Counted from the stretch's first letter, positions 10,961-21,090 are shown. The stretch: DNA of 64,000 nucleotides from Candidatus Odyssella sp. (GCA_020726185.1 DYTB01000001.1:2526-66525), one strand, 5' to 3'. The notes: generated by a model not told the origin, from the letters alone. A program made the numbers and translations.

Positions 10961-12958
10961 ATGGAATTATGTATTGAAATTTTTATGGAAGAAATTCCAG
11001 CTCGCATGCAACGTCAGGCCAAAATTGATTTGTTGCAGTTATTTGTAAATGAATTCGAAAGCTTAAAATTAAAATGTAGTGCACCAGAATTTTCTGTTGG
11101 CCCCAGGCGCTTGAGTCTGCGTGTGGAAAATATTGCAGCAGCATCAGAAACTGTTTTAGAAGAAAAACGCGGGCCTAAAATTGGTGCACCCGATGCTGCA
11201 TTGCAAGGGTTTTTGAAATCATCAGGGCTTTCAGAAAACGAATTGACTCAAGAAAATGGTTATTGGTTTGCAAAAATTAATATTCCAGGGAAACCGTTAC
11301 AAGAATTGTTACCCAACATATTAGACAAAGTTTTGCGTAACATGCCTTGGCCTACTTCTATGCGTTGGCCTGGTGCTGGCCATACTTGGGTTCGTCCTAT
11401 TCGCAATATTTGTTGTGTATTAGGTGGGAAGTCAGTAGTTTTTGATGTTCCAGCAGCTGGTGTTCAAACAAACAACCATACATTTGGTCACCGGTTTTTA
11501 AACCCTGCACAAATAACTGTTACAAGCTATACGCAATATTGCCAAAGTCTTGCTGATGCAAACGTAATGCTTGATTTTGAAGAACGACGCAGTGTCATTG
11601 AAGCGGAACTTCACAAAATTTGCCAAGAAAATAAGTTAACATTTGTTGTTGATGAAACCTTGTTAGATGAAGTCACGGGGCTTGTTGAATACCCTTTTGT
11701 AGGTCTTGGTCAAATTGATGCTAAGTTTATGCATCTTCCAGGAGCGGTGCTTAGCACGTCAATGCGGGTACACCAAAAATACTTTACTATTTTAAATTCA
11801 AAGAGTGAAAACGCTCCATTTTTTGGATTTGTAGCAAATGTACCAATCAATGCAGACTGCATGACAGCAGGTTATGAACGAGTACTCAGAGCTCGTCTAA
11901 GTGATGCGGCATTCTTTTATGAGCAGGATCTTAAGATACCATTTGAAGCCAGGTTAGATAATTTAAAAAATATTATTTTCCATGCTGACTTGGGGTCTGT
12001 TTATCAAAAGGTTCAACGTTTAGAATTCTGTGCACCAAACTCTTCAGTGCAACAAGCTGCACGTTTGTGCAAATGTGATTTGCTTACAAATATGGTGGGT
12101 GAATTCCCTGATCTACAGGGAATCATGGGCGAAATTTACGCAAAGGTCCAAGGAACACCTTCGGAAATTGCGGCGGCTTTAAAGGGGTATTATCAACCCC
12201 AAAGAGCGAACGATCCATGCCCAAATGATGATATAAGCTGGACCTTGTCTCTGCTAGATAAAGTTGATAATTTGATTGGATTTTTTGGTGTTGGCATGAA
12301 GCCATCTGGGTCAAAAGATCCTTATGGCCTACGTCGCAGTGCATTAGGCATTATTAGATTGATGCTACACAAGAATGGATCAAATTCTTTGTGTGGGTGG
12401 CTAGAAAAATCTGTTCAGTCTTATCAACAGCAGGGTGTAACCCTAAAGTCTGATGTGGTTGAAACTGTTACTGCATTTATTACCGAACGTTTGTCTGCAT
12501 TTTTAAAAACTGAAATGCCAGCTGATCATGTCTATGCTGTTTTAGACAAACCATTGGAAGATATTTGGGCTGCCGTTGAACGCGCCAGAGCCTTGAAATA
12601 TCTTTTGCAAAACGAGGCGGGTGTTTCTCTTCTTAGTGCTTACCGCCGCGTTGTTGGTATTTTAAAAGGAATACAAGTTGGCGAAGTTAATCAACAGCTT
12701 TTCGTGCACGATGTCGAGCGCACACTATGCAGCTCTTTGACGCAAGCTACTCCAAAAATTGATGAGCACCTTAAAAATTTTGCATATCAGGAGGCCATGA
12801 CATTAATTGCTAATTTGAAACCAGCTATTGATAACTTTTTTGACCACGTTAAAGTCATGGATGATGATTTACAGATTCAGCAGAATCGCTTAAATCTATT
12901 AGGAATGCTACAATCAACGTTAAATACTTTTGCAAATTTTTCCAAGCTGGAGGGCTAA
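10961..12958 (+). CDS. glyS: glycine--tRNA ligase beta subunit
   Basis: 665 aa, immediately downstream of glyQ. N-terminus is ELCIEIFMEEIPARMQ, and the DPYGLRR motif is present. Confidence 0.95.
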   Translation: MELCIEIFMEEIPARMQRQAKIDLLQLFVNEFESLKLKCSAPEFSVGPRRLSLRVENIAAASETVLEEKRGPKIGAPDAALQGFLKSSGLSENELTQENGYWFAKINIPGKPLQELLPNILDKVLRNMPWPTSMRWPGAGHTWVRPIRNICCVLGGKSVVFDVPAAGVQTNNHTFGHRFLNPAQITVTSYTQYCQSLADANVMLDFEERRSVIEAELHKICQENKLTFVVDETLLDEVTGLVEYPFVGLGQIDAKFMHLPGAVLSTSMRVHQKYFTILNSKSENAPFFGFVANVPINADCMTAGYERVLRARLSDAAFFYEQDLKIPFEARLDNLKNIIFHADLGSVYQKVQRLEFCAPNSSVQQAARLCKCDLLTNMVGEFPDLQGIMGEIYAKVQGTPSEIAAALKGYYQPQRANDPCPNDDISWTLSLLDKVDNLIGFFGVGMKPSGSKDPYGLRRSALGIIRLMLHKNGSNSLCGWLEKSVQSYQQQGVTLKSDVVETVTAFITERLSAFLKTEMPADHVYAVLDKPLEDIWAAVERARALKYLLQNEAGVSLLSAYRRVVGILKGIQVGEVNQQLFVHDVERTLCSSLTQATPKIDEHLKNFAYQEAMTLIANLKPAIDNFFDHVKVMDDDLQIQQNRLNLLGMLQSTLNTFANFSKLEG

Positions 12959-12959
12959 A

Positions 12960-13418
12960 ATGAAATCACACAATTGGTTATGGGTTTTGGCCATTTTTCT
13001 AGTGGGTTGTTACCCAACTATTGATCATAGAGGCTTTAATCCAGAACAAATTCAGTTTGATAAAATTCAAGTTGATGTCAGCACAAAAGAAACGGTGCAA
13101 GATATTCTTGGAAGTCCGTCAACAACATCGTTATTTCCGGTCGAAGGAAAAAACTGGACAAATTGGTATTATGTTTACCGAAAAACCGAAACAACATCAT
13201 TTTTTGACCCTAAAGTTGTTGACCAATTAGTGGTAAAAGTAACCTTGGATGATAAAGATATTGTTCGTGGCATTGAAAAACAAAAGGGTGTTCAAGGTGA
13301 GCAAATTAAAGCTAGTACTGAAAAAACAGCAACAACGGGTTACGAAAGCTCTGTCATGAAAGATGTATTCGGGAATTTTGGTAAGTACAGTCTTGATCCA
13401 AAAAAGAACGAAAAATAG
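12960..13418 (+). CDS. bamE: outer membrane protein assembly factor BamE (SmpA/OmlA lipoprotein)
   Basis: I trimmed the track ORF (12930) to the ATG at 12960, giving MKSHNWLWVLAIFLVGC with a lipobox. IDHRGF...V..ILGSPS...W.YVY is the BamE/SmpA pattern. Confidence 0.7.
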   Translation: MKSHNWLWVLAIFLVGCYPTIDHRGFNPEQIQFDKIQVDVSTKETVQDILGSPSTTSLFPVEGKNWTNWYYVYRKTETTSFFDPKVVDQLVVKVTLDDKDIVRGIEKQKGVQGEQIKASTEKTATTGYESSVMKDVFGNFGKYSLDPKKNEK

Positions 13419-13422
13419 AGTT

Positions 13423-14421
13423 ATGAGAAAGAAATTTACCCTTCTTTTTTTTATAGCAATATTTTCTCTAGGTTTTTCTTCTGATGCTTCGTTAAATATT
13501 TATGCCGTCTATGATCCAAGCAAAGTGGGTGAGCTGGCAATGGTGACAGCTATTGCTAATGAAATTGCACTTACTCATCCCACAGCACAGATTACCAAAA
13601 AACCTAGCGCAACCTTTCATGATTTAAATCTTATTGATCCTTCTATCGTTGTTACCGCAGGTCAGTTTGGTATTGAATTTATTAAATCTGGCGTGTTTCC
13701 AGCTCATACGAAAATTCTACTGTGTACGCATCAGTGGTTTGATGCAATGGATGGTTTACACAATGTTTCTATCGCCATGCCAGAACACACAATTACTGAA
13801 ACTATTCAAGACACTGCAAAAGCCAACAACCTGACTTTACTGCGAACTGTGGGTGTATTGCACACAATGTCCGCAAAAGCATTAGCGGATGAAAATACAT
13901 CTGCTATTCATCTGTCTGATGCTAAAGTAGGCTTAATTCTCGGTGGTGATGCTGAAACTCCAGCTGGTGCATGGAAAGTTTTTACCAAAGAAAATGCAAT
14001 TAAACTTGCTAATGAGATAAGCATCTTTCAAAAAAACACTGGTTATAAAATACTCATCACCAACGGTCCTCGCACAGGTCGTAGTGCTACTGCGCATAAA
14101 ACTGAAGAACTTGACGTGGTTTCCTCAGCATTTTTGAGTGTGTTGCATGAAGCAGGACTTAAACAAGGTACGGATTTTGAATTTTTTAATTTTCAATTTG
14201 GTAAACCATCAGCTTTAAAAGCAGTTATGAAAGTTGTGCTTAATAACAAAGGTTTCATGATTGTGCCTGGTGAATCCACTAGCTCTATTTCTGAAATTTT
14301 GGCGGTGATGCCAGCATCAATTTATGCACATGATGCAATGAACGAACAGCATGGAGCTTTCGTTGAAAAACTAATGCGAAGTCCACAGCTTTGTGGCCGC
14401 TTGTGCCTGACTCAGCGTTAA
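13423..14421 (+). CDS. ELM1/DUF1022-like protein; C-terminus probably frameshifted (see findings)
   Basis: I trimmed to the ATG at 13423 (MRKKFTLLFFIAIFSL). AMPEHT, VGLILGGDA, ITNGPRTG and IVPGESTSSISE line up with the ELM1-family motifs I remember (VPxHD, xxLIGG, TxSRRT, VTxDSxSMxSE). Confidence 0.45.
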   Translation: MRKKFTLLFFIAIFSLGFSSDASLNIYAVYDPSKVGELAMVTAIANEIALTHPTAQITKKPSATFHDLNLIDPSIVVTAGQFGIEFIKSGVFPAHTKILLCTHQWFDAMDGLHNVSIAMPEHTITETIQDTAKANNLTLLRTVGVLHTMSAKALADENTSAIHLSDAKVGLILGGDAETPAGAWKVFTKENAIKLANEISIFQKNTGYKILITNGPRTGRSATAHKTEELDVVSSAFLSVLHEAGLKQGTDFEFFNFQFGKPSALKAVMKVVLNNKGFMIVPGESTSSISEILAVMPASIYAHDAMNEQHGAFVEKLMRSPQLCGRLCLTQR

Positions 14422-14512
14422 TGAAAGCTTATGCGCCGCTACCATCTGAGGCAGTTAATGTTGTTGCAGCTTTTTTGAAATAATTTTCTAACGTAAATAT
14501 ATAATTTACGAT

Positions 14513-15424
14513 TTACTTCTTAGCTCTTGGATGAGCTGCTTTGTATGTATTCATCATGCTAAGTTCGTCAATTTGCGTGTAAATTTGTGTAGATGAAAGG
14601 GATGCATGTCCCAAAAGTTCTTGAATGCCACGCAAATCATGGGATGATTGCATTAAATGCGTTGCGCAACTGTGTCGTAGAGCGTGCGGTGTTAAAGATT
14701 CTGGCATTCCATTGGCCCTTCTGAAGTCACGTAGTACTTTTTGCGCTATGGCAGCTTGTAAGCGTTTTCCTTTTTCACCATAAAATACAGGAGAATTTGG
14801 AGTGTTTGAAAAAGGCTGAATCTTTAAATAAGTCAACAGTCCTTCTCTTATGGAATCAATAATAGGAACCTGTCTGGTTTTTTGTCCTTTACCAATGACT
14901 GTGATGAATTGATCATCTTGCAGGCTATCTTGATTTAAGTTTAGCGCTTCACTAATACGCATACCTGTATAATACAATAACTGCATGAGTGCTTGATTGC
15001 GTAATCCTACCCATAAACACTCACTCATATTTTGAATGGTGTCATTCATCATAAGTGCTTGTTCAATACTAATCGGTCTAGGTAAGGTTTTTTGCAATCT
15101 AGGGGAGCGTGTATGAAAAAATGCATGATCTTCAAGAATTTCACGCTGCAAAAGAAACTGAGTAAAGCTTTTCATTCCTGCCAAGCCACGAGCAGATGAT
15201 CTGGTATTCATTCCCTTCTTCCGCTGTGCTAATAACCATGCTCGAATATCTTGCGGGGTAACAGTCTTGAAATTTTCAATAGTGAGCTGCGTATTATGAT
15301 AGTCTTCAAAAAAACATTTAAAATCAAAAAAATCTTGAGTATATGCCTTGATAGTATTAGGTGAGCGGTTAAGTGCTCCCAATCCTAATTGCCATTGATT
15401 TATCAATTGCCCAAGATTCATCAA
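14513..15424 (-). CDS. tyrosine recombinase, XerC/XerD family
   Basis: 303 aa. The C-terminal catalytic region reads HALRHSCATHL..LLGHASLSSTQIYT (R..HxxR..Y). The N-terminus has a SAM-like core-binding domain. Confidence 0.85.
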   Translation of the reverse strand: MMNLGQLINQWQLGLGALNRSPNTIKAYTQDFFDFKCFFEDYHNTQLTIENFKTVTPQDIRAWLLAQRKKGMNTRSSARGLAGMKSFTQFLLQREILEDHAFFHTRSPRLQKTLPRPISIEQALMMNDTIQNMSECLWVGLRNQALMQLLYYTGMRISEALNLNQDSLQDDQFITVIGKGQKTRQVPIIDSIREGLLTYLKIQPFSNTPNSPVFYGEKGKRLQAAIAQKVLRDFRRANGMPESLTPHALRHSCATHLMQSSHDLRGIQELLGHASLSSTQIYTQIDELSMMNTYKAAHPRAKK

Positions 15425-15470
15425 TTTTTAAAACCTTTTATTTATAATCAATTTTAATACTAAAAAGTTA

Positions 15471-16897
15471 ATGTACCACTGTCTGATCGTTTTGAAGAGA
15501 TCCTGCTAGAAAAAGGCGTTGTTACTCCTGACCAACTTCATATTGCTCTAATTGAGCAACAAAAGCACGATGAGTTTTTAAGTGAAATCTTCATTAACTT
15601 GCGGTTTGCGTCTCCAGCGGTTGTTGGTGAATTGGTCAGTCAAATTTCTGGTTATAAGCATATTGACCTGCAAACTATTCAGCCAGATATTGATTTAATT
15701 TCTAAGCTGGGAAAAGAATTTTGTGAGCGTTATCAAATAATTCCCTTTTGCCTTGATGATTCGCTACACGTAGCAATGCTAGATCCTGAAAATGTTATCA
15801 TTCAGGATATTGTAAAAAGAAACACGAAAGACTTTTTTAAAAAAGAACCAAGATGGATGTTCTACCATACCTACAAACAATCATTACAACATGCGCTGCA
15901 ACAATCAACGCAATCTTTTGTTCAAACACCTGATGCTTCATTTGAGAATCTTTTTCTAAACCTGCTAGATGAAGCTTTTTCTAGAGAAGCATCAGACATT
16001 CATTTTATGCCGCTTGAACAAATGGTATTAGTCAAATTTCGTATTCATGGAGAGCTAGAAACTTACCAACATTTTGAACAGAGTATTTTTGATAAAACAT
16101 CGGTACGTTTTAAAGTATTATCTAACTTAGATATTGCTGAGCGCCGTCGTCCTCAATCCGGGGGGTGCATTCTAACTGTTCTTGGCAATCAGGTTGATTG
16201 TCGCGTTTCCTTTCATCCATGTTTATGGGGAGAAAGCTTAGTTGTTAGGCTTTTGCCTACTAATCGCGAAACTTTAACTTTAGAAAAATTAGGTTTTACA
16301 AAAAACCAAGCTAAAATACTGCAAGACCTTGTGAAAAAACCATCGGGTCTGTTTTTGGTCTGTGGACCGACAGGTTCTGGTAAAACTACGACGCTTCATG
16401 CACTATTGCAGCTTTGTGATTATAATCACAAAAATATTATGACCTTGGAACAGCCAATAGAATATCGTGTTAAAGGGATTCGACAAACAGAAATTCATGA
16501 AAATGGAATAGTTAGTTTTGCTGACGGAGTTCGCTCTATGCTGCGTCATGACCCAGATATTATGCTTATCGGGGAAATTCGCGATGAAGACACCGCCAAA
16601 ATGGCATTGAGAGCTTCAATGACTGGGCATTTAGTTCTTGCGACTTTGCACGCATCTTGTCCGTTTGTAACGCCTGCACGTTTAATTGATTTAGGCATTA
16701 CACCAAATTTATTGAGTGGGCAGATACTTGCAGTTTTAAGTCAAAAATTAGTTTGCGTTCCAGAAGGTCGAAAAGCTTGTGGTGATTTAGTGGTGTTTAC
16801 AGATGATATGCATCAGTTAATTGGAGATGGTGGAAATAGCGCTAAGCTTAGAAAAATGTACAGTGAATCTTCAGCCAAAAATAAACTTAAAAAATAA
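15471..16897 (+). CDS. GspE/PilB-family secretion/pilus ATPase; start region irregular
   Basis: Walker A is GPTGSGKTTT, Walker B is DPDIMLIGEIRD and the His box is TGHLVLATLH. An N-terminal MshEN/T2SSE_N-like region continues in frame upstream of the track start (15599) back to 15464. The only ATG (15471) is one base out of frame (see findings). Confidence 0.8.
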
Positions 16898-16994
16898 AAA
16901 AACAATATTTATAGAAATTAAATTCCATATATTAAATAACTATTAACTTTTAATGTCTTAATACAATTACAGAGTCTTGTTATAAGGTTTGCTT

Positions 16995-17651
16995 ATGCTA
17001 AGAATTCTGTTTGCTTTTATCATAGCGCTCTTCATACCTGCTGGAAATTCCAGCAATCACCATAATATTGTGCCTGAAGTTGACGATCTGAACACAGAAC
17101 AAGTTCGACAAATCGCTATCTGCATGCTTCAATTTTACAAAGAATCATTAGAAAAAGTAACAGTTTCTTTGCAAAAAGACCCTACAGTATATGCGTTTTT
17201 TGAACACAAAAAAGGCAAAAAATATAAAGTTCAAAACGGTCAATGTTCTTTAGAAAAGCTAAATAGGTTTTCGAGTCACCTTCACGATGACATTTACGAT
17301 TTAACAACCCTAAAAAATGACCTTATGATCACGAATGCCCAATTTACGAGTGGGAATATTACAGAAACCCAATTCGATGAATTTCTAGCTTTGTATGGCA
17401 TAGAGGATAGGAAAAAAATAAGTCCATCTCTCGATTTCTATTCAAAAAAAATAGAAAAGCTAGAAAGTGTTAAAATACACGTTGATGGTTTAATCTCAAC
17501 AAAAGTTCCAAAAGCAATAACGACGAAGAGAGCATGGAAATATTTTAAATCTCATCGGCCCAATTATTTTGGTAATTTATCTCCAGAAGCAATGCATGAT
17601 TTTAAACCAAAATTTTTAGTTCATTTGCGTGGTCACTATGGATTTGGGTAG
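16995..17651 (+). CDS. hypothetical secreted protein
   Basis: ORF with a signal-peptide-like N-terminus (MLRILFAFIIALFIPAGNSS). I recognise no family. Confidence 0.4.
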   Translation: MLRILFAFIIALFIPAGNSSNHHNIVPEVDDLNTEQVRQIAICMLQFYKESLEKVTVSLQKDPTVYAFFEHKKGKKYKVQNGQCSLEKLNRFSSHLHDDIYDLTTLKNDLMITNAQFTSGNITETQFDEFLALYGIEDRKKISPSLDFYSKKIEKLESVKIHVDGLISTKVPKAITTKRAWKYFKSHRPNYFGNLSPEAMHDFKPKFLVHLRGHYGFG

Positions 17652-17653
17652 CC

Positions 17654-18466
17654 TTAGCTAGCGGTAAAGATTTCATAGCCTGTTTCAGTAACTCCAAGGC
17701 TATGCTCCCATTGTGCGGAAAGTGACATGTCACGGGTAACTGCCGTCCACCCATCCTCAAGAACCTTTACACCGAACTTTCCTGCGTTAATCATAGGTTC
17801 AATGGTAAAAAACATGCCTTTTTTCAGTTCAAGGCCATGGCCTGCTTTTCCATAATGAACAATGCTAGGTTCGCAGTGGAAAACGCGCCCGATTCCATGA
17901 CCACAAAAATCACGCACAACTGAAAAGCCATTTGATTCAGCATATTTCTGAATAGCATGTCCAATATCTCCTAAAGTAGCTCCAGGTTTTACTACTTCAA
18001 TGCCTCGCATCATTGCTTCGTAAGTAACTTCAACTAATTTTCGGCCTCTAACGCCAACTTTACCAATGCAGAACATGCGACTGGTATCTCCATACCAACC
18101 ATTTAAAATAACGGTGACATCGATGTTTATGATATCTCCGTCTTTTAGCTTTTTAGGTCCCGGAATACCATGACATACAACATGGTTGATAGAAGTACAT
18201 ATAGACTTAGGATAGCCCCGATATCCAAGTGGAGCCGCCTTAGTATTGTTTTTTATAATATATTCATGACACAGCTTATCAAGCTCTTCTGTAGTAATGC
18301 CTTCTTTAACAAACGGGGTAATATAATCTAAAGTTTGTGCTGCTAGTTTTCCAGCTTTGCGCATACCATCAAAATCAGCATCGCTATGAATAGTAACAGA
18401 TACTTCTTGTTCGTCATGGTCGTGATGACAATGTTTGCTGTGTACATGATGGCTAGGATTAATCAT
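17654..18466 (-). CDS. map: type I methionine aminopeptidase
   Basis: 270 aa. It has the metal ligands and motifs of MetAP-I (VCHGIP, DIINIDVT, GYHGD-like WYGD, GHGIG, FTIEP, EHS) plus a His-rich N-terminal extension. Confidence 0.93.
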   Translation of the reverse strand: MINPSHHVHSKHCHHDHDEQEVSVTIHSDADFDGMRKAGKLAAQTLDYITPFVKEGITTEELDKLCHEYIIKNNTKAAPLGYRGYPKSICTSINHVVCHGIPGPKKLKDGDIINIDVTVILNGWYGDTSRMFCIGKVGVRGRKLVEVTYEAMMRGIEVVKPGATLGDIGHAIQKYAESNGFSVVRDFCGHGIGRVFHCEPSIVHYGKAGHGLELKKGMFFTIEPMINAGKFGVKVLEDGWTAVTRDMSLSAQWEHSLGVTETGYEIFTAS

Positions 18467-18484
18467 AAGGTCTCCATAGTTGGC

Positions 18485-18507
18485 AAAAAATAGGGGCTTT
18501 CGCCCCC
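18485..18507 (-). terminator. rho-independent terminator downstream of rpsD
   Basis: The minus strand reads GGGGC-GAAA-GCCCC followed by TATTTTTT, about 20 nt after the rpsD stop. Confidence 0.6.
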
Positions 18508-18528
18508 ATTATTACAATAAAAAAGAAA

Positions 18529-19143
18529 TTAACGTGAATAGAATTCGATTACAAGATGAGGTTCCATTTGAACTGGATAAGGAACATCTGCAAGCTTTGG
18601 TCCGCGAACAAATTTACCTTTTTGAGCTTTTTGGTCAACATCCATGTACTCGGGAATGTCACGTTCTGCTAATTTTGCAGCAGCAAGAACATTAATATTT
18701 TCTTTCATGCTAGGCATAACAGAAATCTCATCACCATCTTTTACAAGATATGAAGGAATATTTACGCGTTTACCGTTAACTGCAATGTGTCCATGGTTCA
18801 CAATTTGACGTGAAGCAAAAACTGTTGCCACAAACTTCATACGGTATACAACTGCATCTAGACGACGCTCTAGCAACTCAATCAAGTTTTCTGATGTGTC
18901 ACCACGGCGACGAATCGCTTCTTGATAGAAACGGCGGAACTGACGTTCGCTAATGTTTCCATAGTAACCTTTTAATTTCTGTTTTGCACGAAGCTGAACT
19001 CCATAATCGGAAGGCTTGCTACGTTGCTGACCATGCTGACCTGGTCCATAATTGCGGGAATTGAACGGGCTTTTTGCTCTACCCCATAAATTCACGCCTA
19101 AACGGCGGTCGATCTTGTGTTTAGCGGCAATACGCTTAGTCAT
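18529..19143 (-). CDS. rpsD: 30S ribosomal protein S4
   Basis: 204 aa. The N-terminus [12 protein letters not shown] and the S4 RNA-binding domain ([11 protein letters not shown]) are present. Confidence 0.97.
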   Translation of the reverse strand: MTKRIAAKHKIDRRLGVNLWGRAKSPFNSRNYGPGQHGQQRSKPSDYGVQLRAKQKLKGYYGNISERQFRRFYQEAIRRRGDTSENLIELLERRLDAVVYRMKFVATVFASRQIVNHGHIAVNGKRVNIPSYLVKDGDEISVMPSMKENINVLAAAKLAERDIPEYMDVDQKAQKGKFVRGPKLADVPYPVQMEPHLVIEFYSR

Positions 19144-19224
19144 CTGATCCGAAGTCCTTATAAATAATAGTTATCAAAAGTATCCATTTTTAGCCTGAAA
19201 CAAAAGGTGTTGTCAATAAAAACC

Positions 19225-19545
19225 TTAGAAGGGGAGTTTTAGGCCTGGAATATTTAATCCGCCTGTAATGCTAGACATTTCTTGGTTCATGCGTTCATCA
19301 ACTTTGTTTTTTGCATCATTAAATGAAGCAATGATTAAATCTTCCAGCATTTCAACATCATCTTTGCTTACAATTGAAGGGTCTATTTTAATACTTAGTA
19401 ATTGACCTTTTCCATTGACGGTTGATGTTACCATTCCTCCGCCCGCACTGCCTTCTTGTGCAATCGATTCGCTTTTTTGCTGAACTTCTTGCATTTTTTG
19501 TTGCATCTGCTGAGCTTGTTTCAAAATTTGATTCATGTTTTTCAT
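19225..19545 (-). CDS. ybaB: YbaB/EbfC-family nucleoid-associated protein
   Basis: 106 aa. MNQILKQAQQMQQKMQEVQ...GGGMV is the typical YbaB sequence, and the gene lies directly downstream of dnaX. Confidence 0.9.
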   Translation of the reverse strand: MKNMNQILKQAQQMQQKMQEVQQKSESIAQEGSAGGGMVTSTVNGKGQLLSIKIDPSIVSKDDVEMLEDLIIASFNDAKNKVDERMNQEMSSITGGLNIPGLKLPF

Positions 19546-19554
19546 AAACGTCTC

Positions 19555-21090
19555 CTAGTTTATTGTCACTTTTGCATCAGGAAATACATGCAAAATTTCT
19601 TTTATTAACGGATGGTCAAGTGCTTGTTGGCGAAGATTTTCTCGCTCAATAGCTTTGGCCTGAACAATAGTTGGGGTGGAATTATCTTGGCGAAGCTCAA
19701 TGTTCCATGGTTGCTTAGTAATGCGTTCACAGGCCGCTTTTAAAAGCTTTCCAAAGTTTTTTGGAGCACGGCCGCTAAGACCGCAAACCAGGTGCCCAGG
19801 AGCATAAGAAATCAAATGCACATCATGCAGCACATGGCCATGAAGCAAGCCTTCTTTTGCATACAATAGCAAATCTGCCATAGCTTCAAAGGTTTGCGGC
19901 ATTGATGCACGACTAACACTGCTTGTAACAGACGAAGATTGAACGTTTTGTCCACCAGAAACAGCCGAAGGATTTGCCAAAACATCTTTAACAAAAGCTA
20001 GGCGCATTAAGGCAATGTCTAAGGCTTGAGAAGGTTGATGACTATTTCTAACATCATCGTGCGATTTCTGCATGAGATCCCAACTCTGCAATAATACGCT
20101 TGTCGGTAATGAAGTCGCTAATTGCTGACCTTTTTGACGGTCGGCTTCTGGCCACGCGATATCTTTTGAAAGAGATGGCACATTTTTTAAACAAATTACC
20201 CAATACAAAATATGTATAAGGTCTTGTGTAATTAACAAGGGATCTCCGCCATTATCATAAATTGTATGAAGACTTTGTATTGCTTGTTCAATGTTGCCTT
20301 TAAAAATAGACTCAAAAATACCAAATAGCGCATCACGGCTACTAAGGCCAAGCATTGCCTCAACAATTGTCACAGAAACTGTTGTGCTGCCACTTAGCAT
20401 AATAGCTTGATCAGTTATGCTAAGAGCGTCACGCATTGATCCATCAGCAGCACGAGCAATCATTGCTAGTGCATCTGCTTCAGCAAGAACACTTTCTTTT
20501 TCCAAAATATCCTGTAAATGCTTAATAATTTTTGCTGGCTGCATTACGCTTAAATCAAAGCGCATACAACGTGACAAAATTGTATCTGGAATTTTTTTAA
20601 TCTCTGTAGTAGCGAAAATAAATTTTACATGAAGAGGAGGTTCTTCCAATGTTTTTAAAAGTGCATTAAATGCAGATTTTGAAAGCATGTGAACTTCATC
20701 GATGATGAAAATTTTGTAACGACCTTGCACAGCTTTATAACGAGAAGATTCGGTAAGTTCACGCATATCATCAACACCGGTATGACTAGCCGCGTCGATT
20801 TCTACAACATCCATGTGTCGGTCTGATAAAATGCCCTGACATGACACACAAATATCGCATGGTGTAACCTGAGGTTGCTTCAGTGTTCCATCAGCTAAGC
20901 AGTTTAAACTTTTAGCAATAATGCGTGCTGTTGTTGTTTTACCAACTCCACGAATACCATGAAGCAAAATTGCATGCGGAACGCGATCATTCTCAAATGC
21001 ATTTTTTAGACTCTGCGCTAAATTCTCTTGACCAACTAATTGTTCAAGATTTTGAGGTCTATATTTACGGGCTAAAACACGATATGACAT
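19555..21090 (-). CDS. dnaX: DNA polymerase III subunit gamma/tau
   Basis: 511 aa. YRVLARKYRPQ, GIRGVGKTT, the zinc module C..C..C..C, and DEVHMLS / SRC are present. Confidence 0.93.
   Translation of the reverse strand: MSYRVLARKYRPQNLEQLVGQENLAQSLKNAFENDRVPHAILLHGIRGVGKTTTARIIAKSLNCLADGTLKQPQVTPCDICVSCQGILSDRHMDVVEIDAASHTGVDDMRELTESSRYKAVQGRYKIFIIDEVHMLSKSAFNALLKTLEEPPLHVKFIFATTEIKKIPDTILSRCMRFDLSVMQPAKIIKHLQDILEKESVLAEADALAMIARAADGSMRDALSITDQAIMLSGSTTVSVTIVEAMLGLSSRDALFGIFESIFKGNIEQAIQSLHTIYDNGGDPLLITQDLIHILYWVICLKNVPSLSKDIAWPEADRQKGQQLATSLPTSVLLQSWDLMQKSHDDVRNSHQPSQALDIALMRLAFVKDVLANPSAVSGGQNVQSSSVTSSVSRASMPQTFEAMADLLLYAKEGLLHGHVLHDVHLISYAPGHLVCGLSGRAPKNFGKLLKAACERITKQPWNIELRQDNSTPTIVQAKAIERENLRQQALDHPLIKEILHVFPDAKVTIN

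Noticed and set aside
14513-15424. Tyrosine recombinase as the integrase of a mobile element.
   Set aside because: Its size and motifs fit chromosomal XerC/XerD. The flanks carry no phage or plasmid genes. I saw no flanking repeats.
20181-20190. A_AAA_AAT slippery-like heptamer inside dnaX (minus strand TGT TTA AAA AAT GTG), as a possible programmed -1 frameshift producing a gamma subunit.
   Set aside because: It lies around residue 300, inside domain III and not at the tau/gamma boundary. The -1 frame stays open for a long stretch instead of terminating promptly. I saw no downstream stem-loop.
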